Positions 19,655 to 28,689 of a stretch of DNA of 64,000 nucleotides are shown here, piece by piece. Each line of letters opens with the position of its first letter. Within the stretch, counting starts at the first letter, position 1. The notes below the pieces were generated by a model. It did no database searches. It was not told where the DNA came from and was given only the letters and a program-made list of their open reading frames with translations. The translations under genes were made by a program, and so were the position numbers. Source of the DNA: Candidatus Dormiibacterota bacterium (lineage in GTDB: Bacteria; Chloroflexota; Dormibacteria; Aeolococcales; Aeolococcaceae); contig OY970355.1 of NCBI GenBank assembly GCA_963718525.1, forward strand, positions 960,001-1,024,000, read 5' to 3'.

Positions 19655-20149
19655 CTACTCGGTTGAGGTGGGACCGTTGTCGGGGGAGCTGGGCTTGTCC
19701 TTGGGTGGCGTCGTGCGGTCGTCGGGAGGAATCGGCCGGTCGTCCGGAGGGACATCCCTTCCGTCCGGGGTCATGCCACCGAGCCCCCCCATGCCGCCGA
19801 ACAGACCACCGAGCATCTGCTGGAACTGTTCGGGCCCACCCAGGTCATCCTGCACGCGCTCGAACATGCGCGCCATCAGCTCCTGAAGCTGTGGATCCTC
19901 GGAAAGCTTTTCCTGGAGGCCGCCCAACTGGCTCATGAGCTGTTCCATCTGGACCTCCTGCGCCACCTGCATCAGCACGGGTTGCGAGGCCGCGGCGGCC
20001 ACCACCTGCACCTGCTGGCGGATCACCTCGAATCCCTTGCAGGCCATGCACGTGCCCTGGTGCTGGCACCGGCACAGCCGGGACTTGAGCTTGTCGAGCT
20101 CCGAATGGATCCCGCTCAGATCGATGCCGGGAGGAGAGGTGTCGCCCAT
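19655..20149 (-). CDS. Hypothetical protein with Cys cluster and Q/M-rich helical region
   Basis: CRCQHQGTCMAC; TACGAT-N7-ATG leaderless-type start at 20149. Confidence 0.65.
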   Translation of the reverse strand: MGDTSPPGIDLSGIHSELDKLKSRLCRCQHQGTCMACKGFEVIRQQVQVVAAAASQPVLMQVAQEVQMEQLMSQLGGLQEKLSEDPQLQELMARMFERVQDDLGGPEQFQQMLGGLFGGMGGLGGMTPDGRDVPPDDRPIPPDDRTTPPKDKPSSPDNGPTSTE

Positions 20150-20190
20150 GGTGCTGATCGTAGTTGACCTGCGGCCCCGAGCCGCGCACG

Positions 20191-20218
20191 TTGCATCTCC
20201 GCCGCGATCGGGTATAGT
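20191..20218 (+). promoter_or_regulatory. Putative sigma70 promoter for the helicase
   Basis: TTGCAT-N16-TATAGT. Confidence 0.45.
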
Positions 20219-20253
20219 CATTCGCAGACGGGAGGCTTCGCGCATCCCCGCGG

Positions 20254-22956
20254 TTGACGTCGATTGGATCGTCGCCCCGCGTCAAAAAGCACCGCCCGAG
20301 GCCGTCCCGAAGTCCAGTAATTGCGCCGGTGGACAGGGGTCACCGCGCATCCGAGGTTGACAGTCCGCTGATAGCCCCAGACCTCGCGCTCGATCGTCTG
20401 CACCTCATCGTGCCCGACGGCAGCGATGCCATGGTCGTCCTGGAAGCATGGGCGAACGGCTCGCAGCCCGGTGCCGATCCGCGCACGGTTTTTGCCGAGC
20501 GCATCGGTGAAGTCGGTCACGTCTCCGTCTCGTTCGGAGATGAGGATCCGATCCAGTTGCGTCTCGATCTTCCTGACCTCGTCCTGCAGTGCGTCGCCCA
20601 GCCGGGACCGGACGGCACCCGCGACCACCTTGGTCTCCGGGTTCTGTCCATCCGTCCGACGGGCGGCCAGCCCGAGGGCGCCAAGCTCCTCACAATCACC
20701 GCCCGCGAGCCGGTCGTGACCGAGGCAAACGGCGTGGTCAGCGATACCTTCCGCCTGCTCGACTGGCGGATCTCGACGCAGCACGCGGCGAGATCGGAGC
20801 AGCTCTACGCGACATTGAAGCTCGTCGACAGCCTGGAACGAGCCGAGAAGCAGCGGGCGCAGTCCCAGCGGACCCGGTTCAACGGCGCGCGCGAGTTCTG
20901 GCGCTGCCGCACCTGCCGGGCGCTCTGGCGGCCCGACACCCATGAGCGATGCCCGTCGTGTGGACGCGAGTTCACTGACGCGGACCGCAAATCTCCCGAG
21001 GTCGGCAAGGTCGAGTTCCAGATCCCCGCCGGTGAGCCGATCAACCTCACGCCGGATGCGGCGGTCCTGATCGAGCCGGACGACGAGACCAATTTCGTCG
21101 GTCGGGTCGCACGCATCGATCACCAGCGCCATGTGGTCGAGATCGTCACCCGCACCTTCGAACACTCCGGCAGCGAGGGGTACATCGCCCCGTCGTTCAA
21201 CAAAGCCCTCTACCAGGCGAAGCGATCGGTGCTTGCGGCCATCGCCACCAAGGACTTCGGCGTGGGCCTGCTGGCGCAGCTCCTGGTCAGCCCCGAGACG
21301 ATCGTCGCGCCCAAGGACGAGTTGGACGCGGATTCGTCCTGGCTGACGAGCGGGATGCGCCCCAACAAGCCGCAGAACCGCGCGGTCGGGTTGCTGAGCC
21401 GTCTGAGCGCGGGCCAGGCCGTGTTCATCCAAGGCCCCCCAGGCACCGGCAAGACCACGGTCATCGTCGAAGCGGTCAAGCGCCGGCTCGCTGCCAATCC
21501 GGATGAGCGAATCCTGGTCACCTCGCACAGCAACCTCGCAGTCGACAACGCGCTCGAGCGACTCGCCGGGACGCCCGGCATGCGCGCGGTCCGCGTGGCT
21601 CGCGCCGAGAGGGTGCATCCGACGGTCGACAAGTTCCGCTGCGACGACGAGGACGACCCCCGTCTCCTCGAAGCCAATTGCTACTTCGCGACCTGCGCAA
21701 CGGCGGCGACGTCGGGGATCACCGACATGAACTTCGACATTGTCATCCTCGACGAGGCCAACAAGGCACGCGCGGACGAGGCGCTGCCTGCGTTGCGCCT
21801 CGGCCGCAGCCTGGCCCTGGTCGGTGACCACAAGCAGCTGCCGCCGGTGGAGGACGACGCGCTCTACGGCATCGTCGAAACCGACCCCGCGCTCGAGGAC
21901 CTGGTCAACCGCAGCCTGTTCGAGCAGTGCTGGGATGGCGGACTGCCCGCCGAGGCGCAGTGCCTGCTGACGATTCAGCACCGCATGCACCCGGACATCG
22001 CAGCGTATGTCTCGGCCGCGTCGTATGACAACCAGCTGGAGAACGCGCCCGAGGTCCTCGAGTACGACTACATCACCCGCAAGCCGTTCCCGGTGGCGCT
22101 GCATTTCGTGGACACCGAGGGAATGCGCGGTGGGCGGGAGCGGCGCGGTCCCGGCGGTGCGCTGCGCAACGAGGCCGAGGTGCGGGTGGCCGCCCAGGTG
22201 GTGCGGCTCCTCGACGAGCGCGCTCCGCGCGAGCTCAGCATGGCCGTCATCGCGATGTACGCCGAGCAGGTGGAACGCCTCCGCCAGGCGCTCGGCCGCC
22301 GGCGTTTCAAGCGCACGGTGAAGATCGACACCGTCGACTCGTTCGAAGGGCGCGAGGAGGACATCGTGGTCATCTCCTTGGTGCGATCGAATGAACGCGG
22401 ACGCATCGGGTTCCTCAGGGTTCCCAACCGGCTCAACGTCGCGATCTCCCGCGCCAAGCGAATGGTGGCGTGCATCGGTGACAGTGCAACGCTCCGCAGC
22501 GGCGACGAATCGATGTACGGGATGCTCGTCGAGGCGGCTCGTTCGACGGGAGGCTGGCTCAGCGCGCTCGAACTCGTGTCGCAGCCCAAGCCGCGGCGTG
22601 GCGAGCGCCAACCCGGTCAGGGCGGGGGAGGAGAAGCGGGCGACGAGACAGATCCCGAGCGCGCCGCGAAACGGCGTCGTCGCCGGAGGCGCGGCAGGCG
22701 CGGCGCCCAGGCGCCGCTCACCGCCTCGACCGAGCCCGGTTCGGAAGCCTCCGCCGGGACCGCTGCTCCACCCGCTGTCGATGGACAGCCCCAGGAGGGG
22801 GCGCAGCGACGCCGCCGCAGGCGTCGCCGTCGCGGCCGCGGTCGCGGCCCGAGTCTCGGACAGACGGCCGCCCCGTCGGGCGAAGGTGCGACGTCCCCGC
22901 CGGATGAGCAGCCGACCGTTGCGCCGGCCGCGGCCGGGGACAGCCCCGAGGGCTGA
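20254..22956 (+). CDS. Upf1/DNA2-NAM7-like superfamily 1 helicase with zinc ribbon and Arg-rich tail
   Basis: QGPPGTGKT, SHSNLAVDN, DEA, GDHKQLPP, QHRMHP, DSFEGRE, RLNVAISRA; CRTC..CPSC; start uncertain. Confidence 0.9.
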   Translation: MTSIGSSPRVKKHRPRPSRSPVIAPVDRGHRASEVDSPLIAPDLALDRLHLIVPDGSDAMVVLEAWANGSQPGADPRTVFAERIGEVGHVSVSFGDEDPIQLRLDLPDLVLQCVAQPGPDGTRDHLGLRVLSIRPTGGQPEGAKLLTITAREPVVTEANGVVSDTFRLLDWRISTQHAARSEQLYATLKLVDSLERAEKQRAQSQRTRFNGAREFWRCRTCRALWRPDTHERCPSCGREFTDADRKSPEVGKVEFQIPAGEPINLTPDAAVLIEPDDETNFVGRVARIDHQRHVVEIVTRTFEHSGSEGYIAPSFNKALYQAKRSVLAAIATKDFGVGLLAQLLVSPETIVAPKDELDADSSWLTSGMRPNKPQNRAVGLLSRLSAGQAVFIQGPPGTGKTTVIVEAVKRRLAANPDERILVTSHSNLAVDNALERLAGTPGMRAVRVARAERVHPTVDKFRCDDEDDPRLLEANCYFATCATAATSGITDMNFDIVILDEANKARADEALPALRLGRSLALVGDHKQLPPVEDDALYGIVETDPALEDLVNRSLFEQCWDGGLPAEAQCLLTIQHRMHPDIAAYVSAASYDNQLENAPEVLEYDYITRKPFPVALHFVDTEGMRGGRERRGPGGALRNEAEVRVAAQVVRLLDERAPRELSMAVIAMYAEQVERLRQALGRRRFKRTVKIDTVDSFEGREEDIVVISLVRSNERGRIGFLRVPNRLNVAISRAKRMVACIGDSATLRSGDESMYGMLVEAARSTGGWLSALELVSQPKPRRGERQPGQGGGGEAGDETDPERAAKRRRRRRRGRRGAQAPLTASTEPGSEASAGTAAPPAVDGQPQEGAQRRRRRRRRRGRGRGPSLGQTAAPSGEGATSPPDEQPTVAPAAAGDSPEG

Positions 22957-22961
22957 CGAGC

Positions 22962-23570
22962 GTGAGCGATCCGGTCACGGTGTTCGTCCGCTCCGGGGAT
23001 CCCGCCTCAGAAGCGACGCTTCGCTACCTGGATCAGCGGAGCGTCGCGTACACAAAACGAGACGTGCTCACTGACCCCTCGGCCACGGCGATCCTGTTCG
23101 GGCGCCTGGGACGTGTGGTCGTTCCCGTCGTCCAGGTGGGCGAGCGTCTGCTGGTCGGCCATGACCCGGTGCAGCTCGCGCGATTCCTTCCGCGAGAGGA
23201 CAGCGAGGAGCAGCACGTCTCGTTCGGAGCGTCGGTTCGGACCGTGACCGGTGAGATCGCAACCGCCAAACAGCTGCCCGCGACCTACGGCGTCGAGGTC
23301 GGTCAGGTGAAGCCGGGCTCACCTGCCGAAGCCGCCGGAATCCTGCCGGGCGACGTGATCACGGGGATCGGTCCGTACACGGTCAACGGCGGCGCCGACC
23401 AGTTCCGGCGTGCCGTGTCGCTGCGCCAGCCCGGCGACACCATGATGCTCACCCTCTGGCGCGAGGGCGACGTCTCCGAAGCCGCAGTGGTGTTTCCGAC
23501 GGAGACCCCGTTGGACGCGGCAACCCAGACGCCCGCGGACGAGCACGCTGAGGAAACACCTCCCGCCTGA
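22962..23570 (+). CDS. Glutaredoxin-like (Cys-less) plus PDZ domain protein
   Basis: VTVF...YL....VAYTKRDV..D...VPVVQVG..LLVG; GSPAEAAGILPGDVIT. Confidence 0.75.
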   Translation: MSDPVTVFVRSGDPASEATLRYLDQRSVAYTKRDVLTDPSATAILFGRLGRVVVPVVQVGERLLVGHDPVQLARFLPREDSEEQHVSFGASVRTVTGEIATAKQLPATYGVEVGQVKPGSPAEAAGILPGDVITGIGPYTVNGGADQFRRAVSLRQPGDTMMLTLWREGDVSEAAVVFPTETPLDAATQTPADEHAEETPPA

Positions 23571-23617
23571 TCGTCTGTCAGGCTCACAACCGGCCCGGTG
23601 CCGGCGTTTGGTATGCA

Positions 23618-24100
23618 GTGAGCAAGGTGAAGTCAACCGCCCTACCGCCCTTTCAGTGCGTGTTCGACGAGCACGCTCAGGCGGTGCTGGCCTTCCTGAA
23701 CGGTGCTGTTGGCTCGTCCGAGGCCGAGGACTGCTTCCAGGAGACGATGATGAGCGCGCTTCGGGCGTACCCGCGACTAGGGGACGCTTCGAATCTCCGC
23801 GGCTGGCTCTTCACGATCGCCCGCCGTAAGGCGATCGACGCGTACCGGGCGCGGGCACGCAGACCCATGCCGGTGGCCAACCCGGATCCGGGGACCGCTC
23901 GCGACCCGCTCTCCGAGATCGACGAAGGGCTCTGGGATCAGGTTCGCCATCTCCCACTCAAACAGCGCAAGGCTTTGGTCCTCCGCTTCGGCGGCGACCG
24001 AAGCTATCCCGAGATCGCCGCGACGATGTCGACCACCCAGGACTCCGCGCGCCAGAGCGTGCACGAGGGGCTGAAGAAACTCAGAAGGGAGCTCCGATGA
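23618..24100 (+). CDS. ECF RNA polymerase sigma factor
   Basis: EAEDCFQET, WLFTIARRKAID, LPLKQRKALVLRF, SYPEIA. Confidence 0.9.
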   Translation: MSKVKSTALPPFQCVFDEHAQAVLAFLNGAVGSSEAEDCFQETMMSALRAYPRLGDASNLRGWLFTIARRKAIDAYRARARRPMPVANPDPGTARDPLSEIDEGLWDQVRHLPLKQRKALVLRFGGDRSYPEIAATMSTTQDSARQSVHEGLKKLRRELR

Positions 24101-24693
24101 CCGTGGACCAGGCGATGACCGACCGATTCCTGCAGCGGGCCGAGGCCAAGGGGCTCGTCGATGTGGCGGTGACGACCATGGACAGCCCGGTCGGCACCCT
24201 GCTGCTGATGGCGACACCCAAGGGGCTCGTTCGGATCGCCTTCGAGAGCGAGAACCGTGACGACGTCTTCGCCGAGGTGGCCGAGCAGCTGTCGCCCCGG
24301 ATCCTCGAGTCGCCGCGCCGGCTCGACCCGGTGCGCCGGGAGCTGGACAGGTACTTCGCCGGCAAGCTCCGCAATTTCGAGGTGCCGATCGATTGGTCGC
24401 TGACCGGCACGTTCGCACGGAGGGTGCTTCGGCGCACCGCGAAAATCCCATATGGCGACGTGGCAACCTACGGCGAGGTCGCGTTCGAGGTCGGGACTCC
24501 ACGCGGAGCCCGCGCGGTCGGCAATGCGCTCGGCTCCAATCCGATCCCTGTTGTCGTGCCGTGTCACCGGGTGGTCCGCGCCGGCGGCTCGATCGGTGGC
24601 TATGGGGGCGGGCAGCCGCGTAAGCAGTGGCTCCTCGCCCTCGAGACCGCTGAGCCGGCGACTACCAGCCGGGAGGGGGCTCGGACCGGTTGA
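24097..24693 (+). CDS. ogt: Methylated-DNA-protein-cysteine methyltransferase
   Basis: IPYG..TYG, ARAVG, NPIPVVVPCHRV; ATGA overlap with the sigma gene. Confidence 0.95.
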   Translation: MTVDQAMTDRFLQRAEAKGLVDVAVTTMDSPVGTLLLMATPKGLVRIAFESENRDDVFAEVAEQLSPRILESPRRLDPVRRELDRYFAGKLRNFEVPIDWSLTGTFARRVLRRTAKIPYGDVATYGEVAFEVGTPRGARAVGNALGSNPIPVVVPCHRVVRAGGSIGGYGGGQPRKQWLLALETAEPATTSREGARTG

Positions 24694-24916
24694 GCAGCCG
24701 GACGAAATCCTCGGCCCGGGCGACGGCTTCCCAGCGGCGCGAGAAGAAGTCCTGGGTGATCATCCGGTTGTCGGCGAGCGAGGTCACCGTGACCGCCCAC
24801 TGATTGAGCGCCCGCGAGACCTCGACCTCGTGGGTGGCGGCTTCGTTGCGCATGACAACACCGCTGGCCGCCGGACGGCGCCCACGGTCGTTGCGTCGAG
24901 AGGACGCCATAGCCAT
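24662..24916 (-). CDS. Small hypothetical protein
   Basis: GGAGG 8 nt before ATG 24916; 84 aa. Confidence 0.55.
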   Translation of the reverse strand: MAMASSRRNDRGRRPAASGVVMRNEAATHEVEVSRALNQWAVTVTSLADNRMITQDFFSRRWEAVARAEDFVRLLNRSEPPPGW

Positions 24917-24989
24917 CGCAAAGACCTCCAGTAAATCCCCGGCAGGCCTACGCCTCGCCGCCCAAACCATTGTCCCCCAAATGGGTGCC

Positions 24990-25976
24990 TCAGAGCGAGA
25001 GGGTCAGCTGGTTTCCGCTCGGGCGTTCTCCCTGCTCTTCCAGTGCGTCTCGGCTCGGGGCCGGTGGCGGCGTGGAGGCCTCGACCCAATCCGGGACGCG
25101 CCCATCGCGCTCGCGGAGGGTCTGGATCACCGGCGCGGGAGGGCGCGGCAGTCCCAGCCCGAGCAATGCCCCGAAGTCGAACGCGTTGGCCACCGCGTAA
25201 TTGCTCCGGTTGTTGTTCAGCAGCACGTGCACCGGTACCCCGGAGTCACTCGCCGCGCGCATCGCCGGAATCCATTCGGCGAGTTCCGCCGGTGTGTAGA
25301 GGTAGTTGAAGCGATCGCCACTGGTGGGGCCGGACGTGTACCACGTGTCCCGGTTGCGCCCGTGGAATCGTGCGATGCACAGACGCGGCGAGGTGACCGC
25401 GAGCAGCGGCGGCGCTGTCGCCGATCCGATTTGCGGAGCATCCACACCGACGTAGACGCACTCGAGCTCCCGGAGCAGATCCTCCGTGGCCGGCCAGGCG
25501 TCGCGATCGAACCACGAGCGGTGCCGGAATTCGATCGCGAGGAGATCATCGGGGTGGCGGTCACGAGCGGCGAGCAGCCACTCGCGTGAGTCCGGACGGT
25601 TGGTGAGCCACGGCGGGAACTGGTAGTGGACGGCGACGAGCTTGCCGCTCGAGCGCAGCGGCATCAGCGCGGCCATGAAGTCGCGCTCCTCGTCGACGGT
25701 CGGCTTGCGAGGGACCCGGTCCTCGCGCTCGTGGCCGGTGAGGCTTCGGTATGCCTTGACGTTGAAGCGAAAATGCTCAGGAGTCCGCTCCACCCATCCT
25801 TCGACCACCTGTGGGCGCGGAATCCCGTAGAAGGTCGTATCGATCTCGACGAGCGGGAAATACTCGGCGTAGAAGGTGAGCTTGTCGCGCTGGCGGCGTC
25901 CGTGCTCCAGCTCGGCTGGATAGAAGTCGGTGTGATCGGCCCAATTGCAGGTCCCGACCGCAATCGGCGCGCCCAT
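24990..25976 (-). CDS. DUF72 (YecE-like TIM barrel) protein
   Basis: VGTCNW, VEIDTTFY, QFPP, EFRHRSW, RFHGRN, YLY. Confidence 0.92.
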   Translation of the reverse strand: MGAPIAVGTCNWADHTDFYPAELEHGRRQRDKLTFYAEYFPLVEIDTTFYGIPRPQVVEGWVERTPEHFRFNVKAYRSLTGHEREDRVPRKPTVDEERDFMAALMPLRSSGKLVAVHYQFPPWLTNRPDSREWLLAARDRHPDDLLAIEFRHRSWFDRDAWPATEDLLRELECVYVGVDAPQIGSATAPPLLAVTSPRLCIARFHGRNRDTWYTSGPTSGDRFNYLYTPAELAEWIPAMRAASDSGVPVHVLLNNNRSNYAVANAFDFGALLGLGLPRPPAPVIQTLRERDGRVPDWVEASTPPPAPSRDALEEQGERPSGNQLTLSL

Positions 25977-26078
25977 ATGAGCAAACAGTAACGAAGCCGT
26001 CACCAAAGCTGACGAGATCGGCGGCGTCACTGGCCATACGATCCCGGCGGTGGTGCATAAGGCGGAGCTCTCCGAGGA

Positions 26079-28685
26079 GTGATGGCGTCCGGACGACGCC
26101 GTCTCAGCGCCGGCTGGAACCGGCGGTCGCGAATCGATCCGCGACTGTGGATCCTGGGCGCCTGCCTGCTCCTGATTGCACTGGGACTCTGGATCGCGTA
26201 TGCGGGAGCCCTGCCGGTGTATTCACCGCCGAGCCTGCCATGGTGGATATTCGCGATCGCATTCTTTGCCGCGTCCCGCCTGGCATCCATCGACAGTCCG
26301 CGCCACGGCACCCAGTCCATCACGCTGGCAGCGGCACCATTCGTCGTGGGGCTGTTTCACGCGACTCCACTCGCGCTGCTCCTCGGGTATGCGCTCGGGA
26401 CGGCAGCCGCAGCGGCCACCCGCCGACCGCGCGCCGTCTGGCAGACCGCCTTCGACATCGTCCGCTTCGGGGCGTTCGGGGCGATCGGGATCTGGGCCTT
26501 CCGAGCGATCGCGGGCAGCCCCGACCTCGCCGTCTGGCACAGCGCTCTCGGCGCCATCGCGGCGACGGCGATCACCGTCCTGAGGCGAGCGATGACGGAG
26601 GGCGTCATTCTCCGGCCGCGTGAGCGCGGCTCGTGGATCGATGTCGTCAACCACCTGCGCGCGGCCGTCGTGGCCGCCGGTGCGTCGATGTGCATCGGCC
26701 TGATCGCCGTGCGCCTGATTCCGGTCGATCGTCTGGCACTGGTGCCGCTCGTGGTGGTGACCTTCGCCGTGTTGTTCACACACCGCGCCTGGGTGCGAGA
26801 GCGCTACGACCACGAGGCGGCCGAGTTCCTGGTCGGCGCCGTCGACGCTCTCGCGGGTCGCGAGCTCGAGCCCTCCATCGTGCTGCTGCTCAACCGCGCC
26901 CGCGACATCTTCAGTGCCGAGATCGCGCAGCTCACGGTGTTCCCGTCCCAGCCGGCGGAGAAGGCGTTCCGTACCACCGTCCGTCATGGCAAGCGCGATG
27001 AGGTGATGGTGCCACTCGGTCTCGGCGAGCTCGACGATGTGCTCGAGGCCGAGACCGCGGGCGTGATCGTGCACGCGGGAACCGCCGATGACCCCAGCTC
27101 CGAGATGCTCATGCGCCGAGGAGTCAACGAAGCGATGGTCGCGTTGCTTCGGGGCGAGTCGCGAATGATCGGCAGTCTGATGGTCGGCGGCCACCTCGAC
27201 GCTCGCACCTTCGATGATCGTGACCTCCGTCTGTTCCGCACGCTGGCCACGAGGACGACGGCCATCCTGGAGAACAGCCGGATGGAGCGGTCGATCGCGC
27301 GGCTGACAGAGCTGCAGGAGCAGCTCACCCACCAGGCGTACCACGACTCGCTGACCGACCTCGCCAACCGATCGCTGTTCGGACAGCACATCGATCAGGC
27401 GTTGCGGCGCAGCGCAGAAGGCGCGGCGAGCGTCGCCGTGATCTTCCTCGACATCGACGATTTCAAGGGCGTCAACGACACGCTCGGCCACGCGGCGGGC
27501 GACGCGCTGCTCGTCGAGGTTGCGGCGCGCATTCGCGCCTGCCTGCGCCGTCCCGACACCGCCGCGCGCCTCGGCGGCGACGAATTCGCGTTGCTGATCG
27601 AGGGGGTCGACAGCGCCATCGAAGCCGAACATGTGGCGCGACGCGTGCTCGACGTCCTGCGCGAGCCCTTCACGGTCTCTGGGACGTCGGTGATCGTCCG
27701 CGCCTCGCTGGGCATTGCTGTTGCTGACAACTCCGACGCAAACGCTGCGAGCCTGATGCGCCAGGCTGACGTTGCGATGTACGTCGCCAAGGGCGCCGGC
27801 CGGAATCGCTACGTGCTCTTCGCGCCCGGCATGGAGAGCGAGGTGGTGCACCGGCGCAAGCTCCGCGGCGAGCTCGAGCGCGCCATGGAGCTGAACCAAT
27901 TCATCCTCCACTACCAGCCGGTGGTCAACCTGATCACCGGCGAGATCACCGCCGTCGAAGCCCTGGTGCGCTGGCATCACCCGCTTCGTGGCATCGTGGC
28001 CCCCGGAGAGTTCATCGCGCTCGCCGAGGAGAGCGGTCTCATCATGCAGCTCGGCGAATTCGTGCTGCGCACCGCGTGCGCAACCACGCTCCGGTTGCAG
28101 CGCCTGCAATCGACGCCACTCGCTGTGTGCGTCAACGTCTCGGTCGTGCAGCTGAACGCCCCGACATTCGTCGAAGACGTGCTCGCCATCGTCGAGGAGA
28201 CCGGGCTCTCTCCCGACACCCTGATACTCGAGCTCACCGAATCGATGTTCGTCGAGGACACGGCGATCGTCATCTCCAAGCTCGAAGCCCTGCGCAACGC
28301 GGGAATCCGCGTCGCCATCGACGACTTCGGCACCGGCTATTCGTCGCTGAGCTACCTGCGCCGGCTCCCGGTCGACATCCTGAAGATCGCCAAGCCGTTT
28401 GTCGACGATCTCGCCGCCGGAGCGGACGAGGACTTCACCCGTGCGATCGTCACCATTGCAGACGCGCTCCAGCTGCATGTCATCGCGGAAGGCATCGAAG
28501 CTGCGTCACAGGTCACCCGGCTGCTGAGCCTCGGATGCCTTGCCGGCCAGGGATACCACCTCTGCCACCCACTTCCGGGAGTCGAGATCGAGCAGCTGCT
28601 GCGCCAGGGCGGGATCGACCGCTCCCGGCTGGAGGCTGTACAGGACACAGCAGAGAAGCGCATGCCGCTGCGATTGCTCGGGTAG
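26079..28685 (+). CDS. Membrane-bound GAF-GGDEF-EAL diguanylate cyclase/phosphodiesterase
   Basis: N-terminal TMs; RLGGDEF, EALVRW, DDFGTGYSS. Confidence 0.93.
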   Translation: MMASGRRRLSAGWNRRSRIDPRLWILGACLLLIALGLWIAYAGALPVYSPPSLPWWIFAIAFFAASRLASIDSPRHGTQSITLAAAPFVVGLFHATPLALLLGYALGTAAAAATRRPRAVWQTAFDIVRFGAFGAIGIWAFRAIAGSPDLAVWHSALGAIAATAITVLRRAMTEGVILRPRERGSWIDVVNHLRAAVVAAGASMCIGLIAVRLIPVDRLALVPLVVVTFAVLFTHRAWVRERYDHEAAEFLVGAVDALAGRELEPSIVLLLNRARDIFSAEIAQLTVFPSQPAEKAFRTTVRHGKRDEVMVPLGLGELDDVLEAETAGVIVHAGTADDPSSEMLMRRGVNEAMVALLRGESRMIGSLMVGGHLDARTFDDRDLRLFRTLATRTTAILENSRMERSIARLTELQEQLTHQAYHDSLTDLANRSLFGQHIDQALRRSAEGAASVAVIFLDIDDFKGVNDTLGHAAGDALLVEVAARIRACLRRPDTAARLGGDEFALLIEGVDSAIEAEHVARRVLDVLREPFTVSGTSVIVRASLGIAVADNSDANAASLMRQADVAMYVAKGAGRNRYVLFAPGMESEVVHRRKLRGELERAMELNQFILHYQPVVNLITGEITAVEALVRWHHPLRGIVAPGEFIALAEESGLIMQLGEFVLRTACATTLRLQRLQSTPLAVCVNVSVVQLNAPTFVEDVLAIVEETGLSPDTLILELTESMFVEDTAIVISKLEALRNAGIRVAIDDFGTGYSSLSYLRRLPVDILKIAKPFVDDLAAGADEDFTRAIVTIADALQLHVIAEGIEAASQVTRLLSLGCLAGQGYHLCHPLPGVEIEQLLRQGGIDRSRLEAVQDTAEKRMPLRLLG

Positions 28686-28689
28686 CAGC

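Noticed and set aside
20218-22611. Long antisense ORFs (also 26223-28478, 28513-30603 and many shorter ones)
   Set aside because: Shadow frames opposite well-supported genes, expected at high GC
25979-26040. GCAAAC...CAAAGC upstream of the GGDEF-EAL gene, reminiscent of a c-di-GMP-I riboswitch
   Set aside because: No GNRA-capped P2 stem or P3 pairing could be formed
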